Shown piece after piece: positions 42,255-52,607 of a stretch of 64,000 bases of DNA. A program made the translations under genes and the position numbers. Position 1 is the stretch's first letter. Every line of letters starts with the position of its first letter. Source of the DNA: a virus; the IMG/VR virus record IMGVR_UViG_3300027969_000042, positions 1 through 64,000 of that record. One strand, written 5' to 3'. Below the pieces are notes generated by a model. It did not search any database and was not told the origin of the DNA. It saw only the letters and a list, made by a program, of their open reading frames with translations.

Positions 42255-45200
42255 TTAACTCCATTTTGCTTTTTCTCCAAAAGTACCATCATACCAAATA
42301 CCTCCTTGCCAGTATCCAGTTTCAAAAATACCATTTGTCCAAATACCTGATCTCCAATCAGTATTTCTAAATCTACTTATAACTCTCATCTTTGTTTCAA
42401 CACCATTTCTATTTTCAAAATAAAAGTCATCATCGTAATAAGTACTACTATTATTAATATTAATATCAGAATCTATATAGATTCTAGTTGTTTTATTATC
42501 TAAATCTGGATTTTCTGCATAAAGTATTTTATATCTTTCTCTTCTAAAATAAGAACTGTAGTATGAACCACCAGATGATAACTGTTCTCCTTTAGGAACA
42601 ATAGTAATCTCATCTCCTATATTAAATCTAAATACTCCATTTAATGTTAAATAAGAATTATCTTGACTAATTTTAACTTTTATTATTTGTATCTCTTCTG
42701 ATATACCACCATACCAAACCCCTGATTTAAAATCAATATTATAGAAAATACCACCATATACATCACCAGAATACCAAGAACCAGTATACCATATTGAATA
42801 TTTATGTGATAAGGAAACTTGAGGTTCATCATTATTATCTAGTATCATTCTTGAATAAAAGCTACCGCTTAACCATTGACCACCATGCCAAGTTGCGGTT
42901 CTACTATTAAATGCTTTTGTTCCAAATCTGGATAAGCCATTTTTTTCCTCAAAAATACCATCATACCACATACCATTCTCAAAGTCTCCACCATTCCATT
43001 TACCATCAATCCAAAATGTTGGATCGTTGTTACAGTTCAGTATACCATCATTCCAAGTACCTGCTATCCAAATTCCACCAGAGAATTCACCATCATTCCA
43101 AGTACCATCATTCCAAGTACCTTTATACCAGTCTCCTGTATTCCAAGTACCACCATACCATCTACCATCAACCCAAACTCCATCGTTCCAAGTACCATCA
43201 TACCATCTTCCAGAAAACCAAGTTGATAAAGATTTATCTGAAGTGTTGTTGGCAACTTCAACAGATATTAAATTATCTTTAATTTTTTTAGCATTCCAAG
43301 TACCACCATACCAATCTCCCGATTTCCAAATACCTGACATCCAAGTACCACCAAACCATCTACCACATTCCCAATTACCTTTATACCAAATAATATTATT
43401 GGCATCAGTTCCAATTATAGCATCAGTAATTTCTGCTTCTAATATCCAAGGATAATTTAACGATAGTGTCTCAACTGTTAAACCATCAACTAGTCTAAAT
43501 CTAAACTTATTAAAATCAACATTTACTAAACTATAAACATCACCTGATAGGTTCAAATTATCAATACTTAATTCTATTGCATTCTTACCTCTTTTATCAA
43601 CACCAATATCAATAATATCAATTGGTTGATAATTTAAAAATGGATCTCTTTTAACATATTTAACAAATCCAGTATCACCAACAGTATTGGCACTAAAAGG
43701 TAAGTCAATATAGAAATTTAATGAATTTACTACAGTTACATTTTGATATCCAAAGTATTGTTGATTTAAAAACTGTGATGAGAAAGTACCTCCATTAAAC
43801 TCTAATGTAACACTATCACCAGTTTTTAAATCATGATTATCTTTACATATTATTAAAACCTTTCCATTATAATTAGTAGTACCAATGATAGGAATAGTAT
43901 ATTCCTTGGCAAGTCTTGTAATATTCATTGCCATCTCATTTTTATAATCAATATAAATTAAAGCAGATAATTCTCTGATAGTATCTACATCAGATAATAA
44001 TACTTTTGCATATGAATCAGTTGGTATTTTAAAGTTTAAATCTCTTTCATAGTTATAAAATTCTGATCCAAGTAACAAGTCTTTTTTCTTTAATAAACCT
44101 CTTTGTATATTATTTAATTCTTGTAAGTCATGACTAATTTGTAATAATGTACGTCTTGATTTAATATCCATTAAAGTAGGATAGTCTGATGTAGAATTTA
44201 TACTTGTTGCAAAGTTTATTTTTTTGTGAAATTCTATAACAAAAGGAGTATTACTAAAATTGGTGTCAGTTGTTATTTCTTTTTTCATAACTAACAATCT
44301 CTCGGTAGTATATGTATCATTTGATGTATAAATAGTAAGATCAATAAAAGTATTGATAAATATACTCTCCCACTCTAATCTCAAATCAGAACCAAAATAT
44401 ATCTTGTTTGATACATAATTATAATCAAAGTAAACCTCTGTTGTTGTTGTACTAGATGCAATTGATGCTGGTACAGATCTATAATCAGGCATTGCTAAGT
44501 ATTCTTTATTTGCATAAAATTTAGGAGTTGGACTCGTATTGTCATTTAATTGCTCTAAATAATCTAAAAGATTATATGTAGGAGTATATCCAAACTTTAG
44601 AAATCCACCAGTATATGACATCGTTGCAATAACAGAGTTAGTTCCTAATCGTATATCATCATTTACAAATACATTAGTTGCTAAGTTATAATATGATGTT
44701 AAGTTGTTAAATTTAGCATTTATAGTTATATTTGATGGAGTGTCTGAACTAGGTGGTGTATAGTTTAAATTATAACCATTAGAAATTGGATGTGAATTAA
44801 AATTATTTTCTAATTCACCAACTGTTTTATATTTATTTAGATTTATTATATTTATAGGACTACTTGTTTTAGTTAAATTTGTAATAATATTCTCATTAAA
44901 ATTAGTAAACATATAAAGATAGTTAAATGATCGATTTGAGGGTGCCATTTGACGTTCAAATTCACTTTGTGGTAAATTCTGAGGTATTGTTAATTCTGAA
45001 ATTCTATTAACAACAAAATTACCATCAACTACATCACTTTCCAATCTGATAACATCACCAACTCTAACAAGATATGTCATAGGTACTCTAATAATCATTA
45101 TTGAATCCTTCAAATAAATTGTAGATAATGCGGTAGGATATGTAATAGTAGGTGGATTCAATCCATTAAACCTACTTTGTTCAAAGTCAATTGATGGAGG

Positions 45201-48098
45201 TGCTAATCTTTCTAATTGAGTAAGTGAATTTGTTACATCATCAGAAATAACTGAGAATGAACCACTGACTGTAGAGTATGAGAAAGTTGTTGATATTAAA
45301 ACTTTTGTTGACTCATCAAGTGGTGAATACGTACCACCTGCATAGTATCTAAATGTCTTTTCAGTATCCTTCCAATATGTTAACCAATTTGTTTCTGATT
45401 GAGTCATAAAACTTGGAGCCGTTGCACCATGTATAAGAGGATCAAACCATAAATTAGATACGCTAGAAGTTAGTGAAACTATATTTGGATCTTGATAAAT
45501 AAAGTTTATACTCCAGTTACTAAATGTTCCTACAGGTGTACTTACTATTGGTTCAATCGGTCCGCCTAGTACAGGTGATGCAAATCTACCAAAAGGATCA
45601 ATAGATCTTACACGTGGTTCTACTACATCAATATATAATGTCCAGTTTCCATTTATAGAAGAATTTGAAAATAACTCACTAAATATGTTAGTATTTGATA
45701 TCCAACCAGTTCCTCCAATTCCTAATATTTTATCCATTTGATATTTCTTATTATTATAAGAAATATCTGGAGTGCTACTAAAATTAGTATAAACAGTGCT
45801 AGTACAGAACTTAGTATTTGAAAAGGTTAGACCAGTACCACTATTATTTCTTTTAAGATTTATTACTTTACCACTAGGTGATTTTAAGTTCACTCTTAAT
45901 TTATTTATTGATGTTGTATTTAAGTTTAAATTTACTTCAATATTAAGTGGAATCGGATTATTATTACCAACTGTTATAGTATCTGTAGTAACGGAATTAG
46001 TCATAATTGACATGGCCGAAGTTGTTGATGTAATTAGAAAGTTACTAAAAGTACTTGATAGATAAAAGACTGCCTCATTTGGTAATCTATAATCACCAAG
46101 ATCTGTAAAAAAGTTTAATTTACCTGCAATATCATAATCTAAAAATAACATTTTTGATTTTAATCTTGAGTCCAAAGTTGGATCTGGTGTGTTAAATACA
46201 AGTGTATTATAGTCTGCTTTCAATAATAAAGAACTATTACCACAAACTACTAATTCATTTGCATTATAATTAAATATCTTATTTACATATAGATTACTCT
46301 CTGGTTGAGCATTTTGTGAATTTCTGATAGTATTAGAGTAGATATTATCAACTCCAACATATTGAAATGAGTCTAAGTTAAATGATGATATACCATATGC
46401 AGGCCCACCTGTGTTGTTGGCTCTTAACCAACTAAAGTAAAATATATTTGATGATGTACCAGTACCTTCAAATCTTGTAATTGACTTAATATCACCATAA
46501 TCTTCTTTAAAAGACAAATAAATAAAATCAAAATTAGGTATTGAACTGTTTATGTCATAAACAATTATTTTATTCTCTGCAGTTGTTAGTAATAATATCT
46601 CTTTATCTGGTAAACTGCTTTGTGTGGAGTATGAGAAACTTAAACCCCAAGAACTTTTTGTTATATACATATCATTGATGTTATCAACAAGTAAATATTC
46701 CTCAAAATCATCTATAAATCTAGAAACTCTTCTTTTATAGACATCCCATCCTTGAATATCTTCTTTTAATTCAAGAAATACTCCTGAATTACCTACAATA
46801 TAAATACTACTAGATGTATAAAATATTGCTTTGTTGTAATAGTATGAATCAAAGTCATCAACTATTATTTTTTGACAAGTTAAACCATCATCTATTATCA
46901 ATATTGTGTTTAGATCACCAACAATTACACCTTTAATATCATTATAAAATGAAACAGACTTTAAATTAGTTGTAACACCAGTATCAATTTTCTCAATAGT
47001 GAAGTCATGTTTTCTTACTTTTAAAAGTATTCCATTATCACCACATATCCAATAGTACTTTTCTGTTTGTGAAATACTTCTAAGATTTACTTTATATTTA
47101 TTTGGGATGATATTAGATAATCCTCCTTGAGTATTTAAAATAACACCAAATTCTCCTACTGCAATAGTTCTTTCCGGAATACTATAAGTAATTCCTTTCA
47201 AATAGTAAGATTGTGTTGTATATTTAACTACATCATAATAGTTTATTTCAAATAGATTATTATAATCAACTCTATTTCTAAGTAACCAATTATGTTTTTC
47301 TTTAAACTCAATGGGTTCATTTAAAGATGTTGTTGGATAATAACCATTTAATAGTCTACTTAAATGAAATTGCTTTTCTGCATTGATATTTCCAAGTTTA
47401 ACAGAAACACTGTATCTAATACAGTCCGCATAATCACTTAATTCCGTAGTTTTATATAACTTACCCTTATTAAATGTATAAATACCATTATCAGAGTTAT
47501 AGAAGTTATATTCTATAGTTGCACCATAGTCTTGAATAACTGTATAGTGACCCTTAAAATATGTATTGGGATCTCTATCAAATGGTAGGGTAGTAGTTGA
47601 TATTTGATCTTTTACCAATATTCTATGACCATTTAATACTTTAACATCATCAATATATAACTCATTAAAAGTTGCACCTAAATCTAAAAATCTAGTAGTA
47701 GTTGCTATATCAACATATATGAAGTTTTTTACTGAATCCTTTATAAGTCTATCTGGGGTAAATAAGTTTTTTAAAGTTAAACCATACTCAGATACATACT
47801 TTTCATAAAAATCATATGATGTAAGGTTAGTTATTGGAGATTTAAAATTAGATGGAAGACCAGTTAAATAACTATAAGGTGAACCAACCACATCTACATA
47901 CCAATTTCTTGGTTCATATTCACCTAAAATATCATAAATATTCTCTAAATTATTTATAGGTAAGTAAGTTGCACCACTAAGACACTTAGAGTAGAATCTT
48001 GTAGAAGCGAGCTCTTGCTTTAAATAGTCAAAATTATTTTTTGATATTTTATCTTCAACGGTTACCCATTTGTTATAATCAGTATTAAATGTCCACAT
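42255..48098 (-). CDS. Giant virion protein: Ycf48/BNR-like propeller repeats, P-domain-like module, long GxWxx pentapeptide array
   Basis: 1947 aa; AVGEFGVIL/ICGDNGILL/IVGDLNTIL; LKSPSG...NGNWTLYI...NWSINF; GNWECGRWFGGTWMSGIWKSGDWYGGTW. Confidence 0.7.
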   Translation of the reverse strand: MWTFNTDYNKWVTVEDKISKNNFDYLKQELASTRFYSKCLSGATYLPINNLENIYDILGEYEPRNWYVDVVGSPYSYLTGLPSNFKSPITNLTSYDFYEKYVSEYGLTLKNLFTPDRLIKDSVKNFIYVDIATTTRFLDLGATFNELYIDDVKVLNGHRILVKDQISTTTLPFDRDPNTYFKGHYTVIQDYGATIEYNFYNSDNGIYTFNKGKLYKTTELSDYADCIRYSVSVKLGNINAEKQFHLSRLLNGYYPTTSLNEPIEFKEKHNWLLRNRVDYNNLFEINYYDVVKYTTQSYYLKGITYSIPERTIAVGEFGVILNTQGGLSNIIPNKYKVNLRSISQTEKYYWICGDNGILLKVRKHDFTIEKIDTGVTTNLKSVSFYNDIKGVIVGDLNTILIIDDGLTCQKIIVDDFDSYYYNKAIFYTSSSIYIVGNSGVFLELKEDIQGWDVYKRRVSRFIDDFEEYLLVDNINDMYITKSSWGLSFSYSTQSSLPDKEILLLTTAENKIIVYDINSSIPNFDFIYLSFKEDYGDIKSITRFEGTGTSSNIFYFSWLRANNTGGPAYGISSFNLDSFQYVGVDNIYSNTIRNSQNAQPESNLYVNKIFNYNANELVVCGNSSLLLKADYNTLVFNTPDPTLDSRLKSKMLFLDYDIAGKLNFFTDLGDYRLPNEAVFYLSSTFSNFLITSTTSAMSIMTNSVTTDTITVGNNNPIPLNIEVNLNLNTTSINKLRVNLKSPSGKVINLKRNNSGTGLTFSNTKFCTSTVYTNFSSTPDISYNNKKYQMDKILGIGGTGWISNTNIFSELFSNSSINGNWTLYIDVVEPRVRSIDPFGRFASPVLGGPIEPIVSTPVGTFSNWSINFIYQDPNIVSLTSSVSNLWFDPLIHGATAPSFMTQSETNWLTYWKDTEKTFRYYAGGTYSPLDESTKVLISTTFSYSTVSGSFSVISDDVTNSLTQLERLAPPSIDFEQSRFNGLNPPTITYPTALSTIYLKDSIMIIRVPMTYLVRVGDVIRLESDVVDGNFVVNRISELTIPQNLPQSEFERQMAPSNRSFNYLYMFTNFNENIITNLTKTSSPINIINLNKYKTVGELENNFNSHPISNGYNLNYTPPSSDTPSNITINAKFNNLTSYYNLATNVFVNDDIRLGTNSVIATMSYTGGFLKFGYTPTYNLLDYLEQLNDNTSPTPKFYANKEYLAMPDYRSVPASIASSTTTTEVYFDYNYVSNKIYFGSDLRLEWESIFINTFIDLTIYTSNDTYTTERLLVMKKEITTDTNFSNTPFVIEFHKKINFATSINSTSDYPTLMDIKSRRTLLQISHDLQELNNIQRGLLKKKDLLLGSEFYNYERDLNFKIPTDSYAKVLLSDVDTIRELSALIYIDYKNEMAMNITRLAKEYTIPIIGTTNYNGKVLIICKDNHDLKTGDSVTLEFNGGTFSSQFLNQQYFGYQNVTVVNSLNFYIDLPFSANTVGDTGFVKYVKRDPFLNYQPIDIIDIGVDKRGKNAIELSIDNLNLSGDVYSLVNVDFNKFRFRLVDGLTVETLSLNYPWILEAEITDAIIGTDANNIIWYKGNWECGRWFGGTWMSGIWKSGDWYGGTWNAKKIKDNLISVEVANNTSDKSLSTWFSGRWYDGTWNDGVWVDGRWYGGTWNTGDWYKGTWNDGTWNDGEFSGGIWIAGTWNDGILNCNNDPTFWIDGKWNGGDFENGMWYDGIFEEKNGLSRFGTKAFNSRTATWHGGQWLSGSFYSRMILDNNDEPQVSLSHKYSIWYTGSWYSGDVYGGIFYNIDFKSGVWYGGISEEIQIIKVKISQDNSYLTLNGVFRFNIGDEITIVPKGEQLSSGGSYYSSYFRRERYKILYAENPDLDNKTTRIYIDSDININNSSTYYDDDFYFENRNGVETKMRVISRFRNTDWRSGIWTNGIFETGYWQGGIWYDGTFGEKAKWS

Positions 48099-48101
48099 AA
48101 A

Positions 48102-48337
48102 TTATTTCTTTACTTTTAATTTCCAAATAACTGTCTTGCTGTCCAATTTAACATCACTTTTGATAATTCTAACTTTTGACTTTTTTAACACTTCTCTTAT
48201 ATTAGATATAAATGTATCATATTGATAAATATCTTTTATGTAGTTTGAAATGTCGATTAAGTAGTAAGTTTCATCTGAGAATATTAAATCATAAATTAAA
48301 TCATCAGTTTTCTTCACAACAAAAAAATTTTTTTCAT
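48102..48337 (-). CDS. Hypothetical protein; GTG start at 48317, or ATG 48337 with a -1 shift in A7T7
   Basis: ATG directly follows TAATATATAC but is out of frame by one base. Confidence 0.55.
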
Positions 48338-48383
48338 TGTATATATTAAAATTTGAGTACCTATAAAGAAAATAATTGTTATA

Positions 48384-49169
48384 TTATTGTTGTTTATAAC
48401 GTTTCATGATTTCTATTAAGAATGGATCTCTAACAATATCATCCTCTGTAAATTCAATAAATCCAATACCTGGAACTCCTTGAAGTCTATCCCAAGCATC
48501 ATCTAAACCACATTTCTCACCTTTATTCAATTTTAAGTCAATTTGGTCTGAATCTCCCATTATTACTAACTTAGATTCTTCTCCCATTCTAGAAATAAAA
48601 GTTTTCATTTCTACCGGAGAACAGTTTTGTGATTCATCAAAAATACAAAAAGAACCAACTGGATTACCTTGAGCATCCCATTTTCCAAATGTAGATCCTC
48701 TTAAAAAGTTTAATACAGTGTCTTTTATAACACCTCTTTCTTTTAGTAATTTTGTTGGTTCTGTTCCTATTAGTTTTGTTAAGCTATCATAAAAATGTGT
48801 GTAATAACTTAAAGTTTTTTCATTTATATCTCCAGGTAAGGCACCTAAACCTCTACTGGATGTTATTTCAACAATTGGTTTTGTTAAAACGATTTGATCT
48901 ATATTTACAGTTGGATCTTTAATACATTCTAATGCAGTTAGTAAAGATATTAAAGTTTTTCCTGTTCCTGCAGCACCTCTTACAAATGTTATTCTATTTT
49001 CTAGAATAGTATCGTGCATTTCTTTTTGTTTTTTGTTTTTGAATTTACAATTTACTCTAAATTGTGGAGTGCCCTGTGGTATTACTTTTTCTTTTGGTGT
49101 TCTTTTTACCGGTTCTACTTTTGTTTCGTCTGCAATTGGTTTCTTTGTGGTTCTTCTGCGTACACTCAT
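48384..49169 (-). CDS. phoH: PhoH-family ATPase
   Basis: GAAGTGKT, IVLTKP, LGALPGDINEK, FLRGSTF, IFDESQN, TFISRMGEESKLVIMGDSDQIDL, DIVRDP. Confidence 0.95.
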   Translation of the reverse strand: MSVRRRTTKKPIADETKVEPVKRTPKEKVIPQGTPQFRVNCKFKNKKQKEMHDTILENRITFVRGAAGTGKTLISLLTALECIKDPTVNIDQIVLTKPIVEITSSRGLGALPGDINEKTLSYYTHFYDSLTKLIGTEPTKLLKERGVIKDTVLNFLRGSTFGKWDAQGNPVGSFCIFDESQNCSPVEMKTFISRMGEESKLVIMGDSDQIDLKLNKGEKCGLDDAWDRLQGVPGIGFIEFTEDDIVRDPFLIEIMKRYKQQ

Positions 49170-49257
49170 AAATTTAAAGTCTTATTTTTTAATATATATT
49201 ATATTACTTCTTCTCTATAAAGATTAGAAAAGGATTATACAATTTAATATATACAGT

Positions 49258-49485
49258 ATGAAATTTATACTTGAATACAAAGCATTTTATAAAGAAGGTG
49301 ATATTGTTCTTACTGAATACTGGTATAATGATATGATAACACCAGTAAGAATAATTGAAAAGGTCTCAAAATCCAGATTTAAAGTAAGTCATGATGTAGA
49401 AGGTTCTTCTATCAGAAATGCACCTGATGAAGTAATAAAGACATCTGAAATATTAGATAAACATAAAACAAAAAACCCATCATAA
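49258..49485 (+). CDS. Small beta-barrel-like (SH3/Tudor-like) hypothetical protein
   Basis: 75 aa; YKEGDIVL...PVRIIEK...FKVSH; preceded by TAATATATAC. Confidence 0.6.
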   Translation: MKFILEYKAFYKEGDIVLTEYWYNDMITPVRIIEKVSKSRFKVSHDVEGSSIRNAPDEVIKTSEILDKHKTKNPS

Positions 49486-49496
49486 GATGGGTTTTT
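49471..49496. terminator. Bidirectional terminator
   Basis: AAAAACCCATC-ataa-GATGGGTTTTT. Confidence 0.85.
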
Positions 49497-49499
49497 TTA

Positions 49500-50693
49500 T
49501 TAGTCTAACATTTCTTCTACTAAACACTCGTAGAAAAATTTATCATAATCATTGTTCTCAATATCTAAATATTGTTCTCTAATTACTTCTAATTCTCTTT
49601 CTTTCAACTTAGTACCATTGTACTTTGATAAAAGCCAATCGTATTGTTTATCATTTGGAGTAGAAATTTCTACTAAGTTTCCACCATTATCGAAGTAAGT
49701 TTTACCTTTTTTCTTTTGATTTCCTCTTCTTGTTGATTTTTTACCACCATTTCGCATCATTATATCATCTGCACCAGTGTTATCATACCAATCTTCATAG
49801 TAAGTAACGTCTCTGCTCTTAGTACCACTTCTACTCCAAGAACTTCCACTATCAGCTCTTTTAGTTCTAGTAGCATAGTTATCCCAGTCTGCAGGATAAG
49901 AAGCTGTAGTATAAGTTTTGAAAGATTTACCTTCATAAACTGATGTATCTCTTTTTGTTGGTAAGTTTTCCCAATCAACTAATAAACAAGCACTCGCTAA
50001 ATTTACTAAGTGTCTTATATCTTGATTTTCACTTTTAGTGTGTTCTGAATAATAACCTACTGAAACATTTGTACATTCTGGAATAAGGTCAACAAACTCA
50101 GCAGAGTCAGTGTAAACACCACCATCATCTTTAATATATTTTAATTTGTAATCTGATTTGTTTAATTCAGCACAAAAAGCATCTGCAAATTCATCTGAAC
50201 AACATCTTGCCCAAGATTGGTGTGTAATAATTGAGGTAGTACCTCTTCTATCAAAAGAAATAATTCTATCATATATACCTTTAAATTCACCATATTTTGC
50301 TGCTAAACCAGAACCAATACAACCAACTTCTTCACCAATGAAAAAGTAGTATGTTCCTGGAATGTTATGTTTCATCATCCAAATCATAACTGATACGCCT
50401 GCTTTATCATCAGCACCAAGTGTAGTTGTGCCATCAGTTCTAATAGTCTCACCATCAAGTACATGTTTTACTGGTTCGTGTTTACTAGAAACTGTATCTA
50501 AGTGAGAAGCAAAAATTGTTCTTGATTCTCCGATCTTGTAGAAGTAATTTCCGTGAGTGTCTTTACTGATGTCTTTTGGTAAATAACCAAGACTTACCAT
50601 TTCTTCTAAACAAATATCCTCATATCCGTGAGGGTAAGTCTTTGAAGTCAGTTTAAGAAACAACTCAGGAATAAATTTGTTTACGTTTATCAT
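49500..50693 (-). CDS. M28/M20-like zinc peptidase with low-complexity C-terminal extension
   Basis: ASHLDTV, LGADDKAGV, GEEVGCIGS, ISFDRRG, YTDSAEF, NVSVGYYSEHT. Confidence 0.88.
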   Translation of the reverse strand: MINVNKFIPELFLKLTSKTYPHGYEDICLEEMVSLGYLPKDISKDTHGNYFYKIGESRTIFASHLDTVSSKHEPVKHVLDGETIRTDGTTTLGADDKAGVSVMIWMMKHNIPGTYYFFIGEEVGCIGSGLAAKYGEFKGIYDRIISFDRRGTTSIITHQSWARCCSDEFADAFCAELNKSDYKLKYIKDDGGVYTDSAEFVDLIPECTNVSVGYYSEHTKSENQDIRHLVNLASACLLVDWENLPTKRDTSVYEGKSFKTYTTASYPADWDNYATRTKRADSGSSWSRSGTKSRDVTYYEDWYDNTGADDIMMRNGGKKSTRRGNQKKKGKTYFDNGGNLVEISTPNDKQYDWLLSKYNGTKLKERELEVIREQYLDIENNDYDKFFYECLVEEMLD

Positions 50694-50711
50694 CTATTTT
50701 ATTTATTTATT

Positions 50712-50719
50712 CAAAGATA
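50712..50719 (-). promoter_or_regulatory. Bacteroidota sigma70 -7 element TAnnTTTG
   Basis: TATCTTTG 18 nt upstream of ATG 50693, with TTTG further upstream. Confidence 0.65.
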
Positions 50720-50860
50720 CAAAAAAAATTATAAACAAACAAGAAAAATATAATATATATCGTTATAGCTGTTATATAATTCATGTCGGGTATCAATAGG
50801 GTGCCTTTGAGATTTAATTGAGAATCAAAGATATGGATAAAAAAATTAAAAAACAAAAAA

Positions 50861-51904
50861 ATGGCAAAACAAGTCAAAACTACTGTCCCAAGTGCGTGGA
50901 TAGTAAATTCCAATGATAGAGGAAGAAAATCTATCAAAAAAGGTAAAGTTTATCTATCAGATAAAGAAGAATTTCAGATAGAATTATTTAACCCACTTCA
51001 AGACTGCGTTCTAGCAGACATTAAATTAAACGGTAACTCAATTTCAAAATCAGGATTAGTTTTAAATCCAGGACAAAGATTTTATTTAGATTGTTTTATT
51101 GACGATAAGAAAAAATTTATTTTTGATACTTATGAAGTTGATGATACCGATGAAACTACACAAGCAATTGCTAAAAATGGATTATTAGAAGTTTTCTTCT
51201 ATAAAGAATCTGTTGTTACTTTACAAAATTGGAGTGATAGATTTAATAGAATTTTAACTACTCGAACTTATCCCTACTGGGTTTATCCAACTTATCCTTA
51301 CTGGGGTAATACTGTTACAATCGGTGCTCCTTATTGTGGTACAGGAACAACAAATACGTTTACTACTACTAATCTTACAAGTGGTAGTATTGATTTAAGT
51401 AATCTTAATATATCAACCGGTAATGCTTATTATTCTTCAAATACAATGGCAATAAATTCTTCTTATACTAACAATGTTTCTCTTACGAGTGCAATTGGTG
51501 GTAGTGCTAAAAGTATTGAAACTGGTAGAATTGGTAAAGGAGATAATTCTAAACAAAAGTTTGAATCAGTTGATATGGATTTTGATAAATACTATATCGC
51601 ATCAACAATTCTACAAATCTTACCAGAAAGTAGAAGACCGATTGAAACTAAAGAAATTAAAGTTCATAAAAATCTAATTGAGGTAAAAGTACCTAAAGGA
51701 CTTAGTAAGGATTCAATTTCTAAAATCGAAGAATTAGTATCTGATTTTGTATGGGAGAAAGATACAAATGAAAATAGAGATAAGATTGATGATAAAATAA
51801 AATCAGTTGAACTATTACAAAAACTTGGTGAATTACATAAAGCAGGAATTTTAACTGATGAAGAATTCACAACAAAGAAAGTAGAATTACTTTCTAAAAT
51901 ATAA
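50861..51904 (+). CDS. Hypothetical protein with C-terminal SHOCT domain
   Basis: LQKLGELHKAGILTDEEFTTKKVELL; beta-rich N-terminal domain; Thr/Ser-rich linker. Confidence 0.8.
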   Translation: MAKQVKTTVPSAWIVNSNDRGRKSIKKGKVYLSDKEEFQIELFNPLQDCVLADIKLNGNSISKSGLVLNPGQRFYLDCFIDDKKKFIFDTYEVDDTDETTQAIAKNGLLEVFFYKESVVTLQNWSDRFNRILTTRTYPYWVYPTYPYWGNTVTIGAPYCGTGTTNTFTTTNLTSGSIDLSNLNISTGNAYYSSNTMAINSSYTNNVSLTSAIGGSAKSIETGRIGKGDNSKQKFESVDMDFDKYYIASTILQILPESRRPIETKEIKVHKNLIEVKVPKGLSKDSISKIEELVSDFVWEKDTNENRDKIDDKIKSVELLQKLGELHKAGILTDEEFTTKKVELLSKI

Positions 51905-51928
51905 TTAAACTAATAACAGCTATAGAAG

Positions 51929-51953
51929 AAAAGAGGGTTTTTAACTCTCTTTT
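51929..51953 (+). terminator. Intrinsic terminator
   Basis: AAAAGAGGGTT-ttt-AACTCTCTTTT then a T-run. Confidence 0.7.
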
Positions 51954-51970
51954 TTTTATATATATGTGAT

Positions 51971-52435
51971 ATGAGATACCTAAAGAGATATAACGAAGCA
52001 AAAGATACTAGAAGTTTCTATTTTAGTGCCAAACCCGAAGAAGGTGAATTAGATGAACTTAGAGATTTCTGTGAAACACATTTAGCTTATCTTGTAGATA
52101 AAGACTTTGTAGTTGATGTCTCAAATGATTTTACTCATAAAAACTTTCATATTTCTATTCTTAAAGAAGGAAGTAAATATAAAGGATTTACTTGGGAAGA
52201 AATTAAAGATCATTTTATTCCTTTTTTAACACACTTATCAAGAAAATATGATATATGTTATGAAAGTGTAAAATTTAACCCGTTAGTGGGTGGACTTCCT
52301 AAAACATATACATCATATGATGTTGATAGAATTATATCAGAAGATGATCTTAAATTGTTTATTTACTTTCGTGAATTAGAAACTATTTCAGAAGTTTCAA
52401 TTGATATTGAATATAAAATGAATTTACAAGACTAA
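51971..52435 (+). CDS. Hypothetical protein, CTS-like N-terminus (MRYLKRYNEA); paralog of 21988..22404
   Basis: ELRDFCETHLAYLVD...TWEEIKDHFIPF. Confidence 0.75.
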   Translation: MRYLKRYNEAKDTRSFYFSAKPEEGELDELRDFCETHLAYLVDKDFVVDVSNDFTHKNFHISILKEGSKYKGFTWEEIKDHFIPFLTHLSRKYDICYESVKFNPLVGGLPKTYTSYDVDRIISEDDLKLFIYFRELETISEVSIDIEYKMNLQD

Positions 52436-52439
52436 AAAT

Positions 52440-52463
52440 AAAACCATCAATTAAGATGGTTTT
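52440..52463. terminator. Bidirectional terminator
   Basis: AAAACCATC-aattaa-GATGGTTTT. Confidence 0.8.
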
Positions 52464-52606
52464 ACTAATTCTCTTAACTTAACTATAACAAATCTTTTTC
52501 TAAAATCTATTACATATTGTGCTAGATTAAACCATCGTAATTCAATTAGTTTATTTAGTATATTTGATGTTATAGAAAGTAATATAAAGTATATTTCTTT
52601 TCTCAT
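52451..52606 (-). CDS. Small hydrophobic/basic ORF (51 aa), not in the track
   Basis: Manual translation MRKEIYFILLSITSNILNKL...; ATG 1 nt after the stop of 52608..52853. Confidence 0.4.
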   Translation of the reverse strand: MRKEIYFILLSITSNILNKLIELRWFNLAQYVIDFRKRFVIVKLRELVKPS

Positions 52607-52607
52607 T

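Noticed and set aside
50707-50937. 76-aa hydrophobic minus-strand ORF
   Set aside because: It spans an AT-rich divergent promoter region and overlaps the start of 50861..51904; probably spurious.
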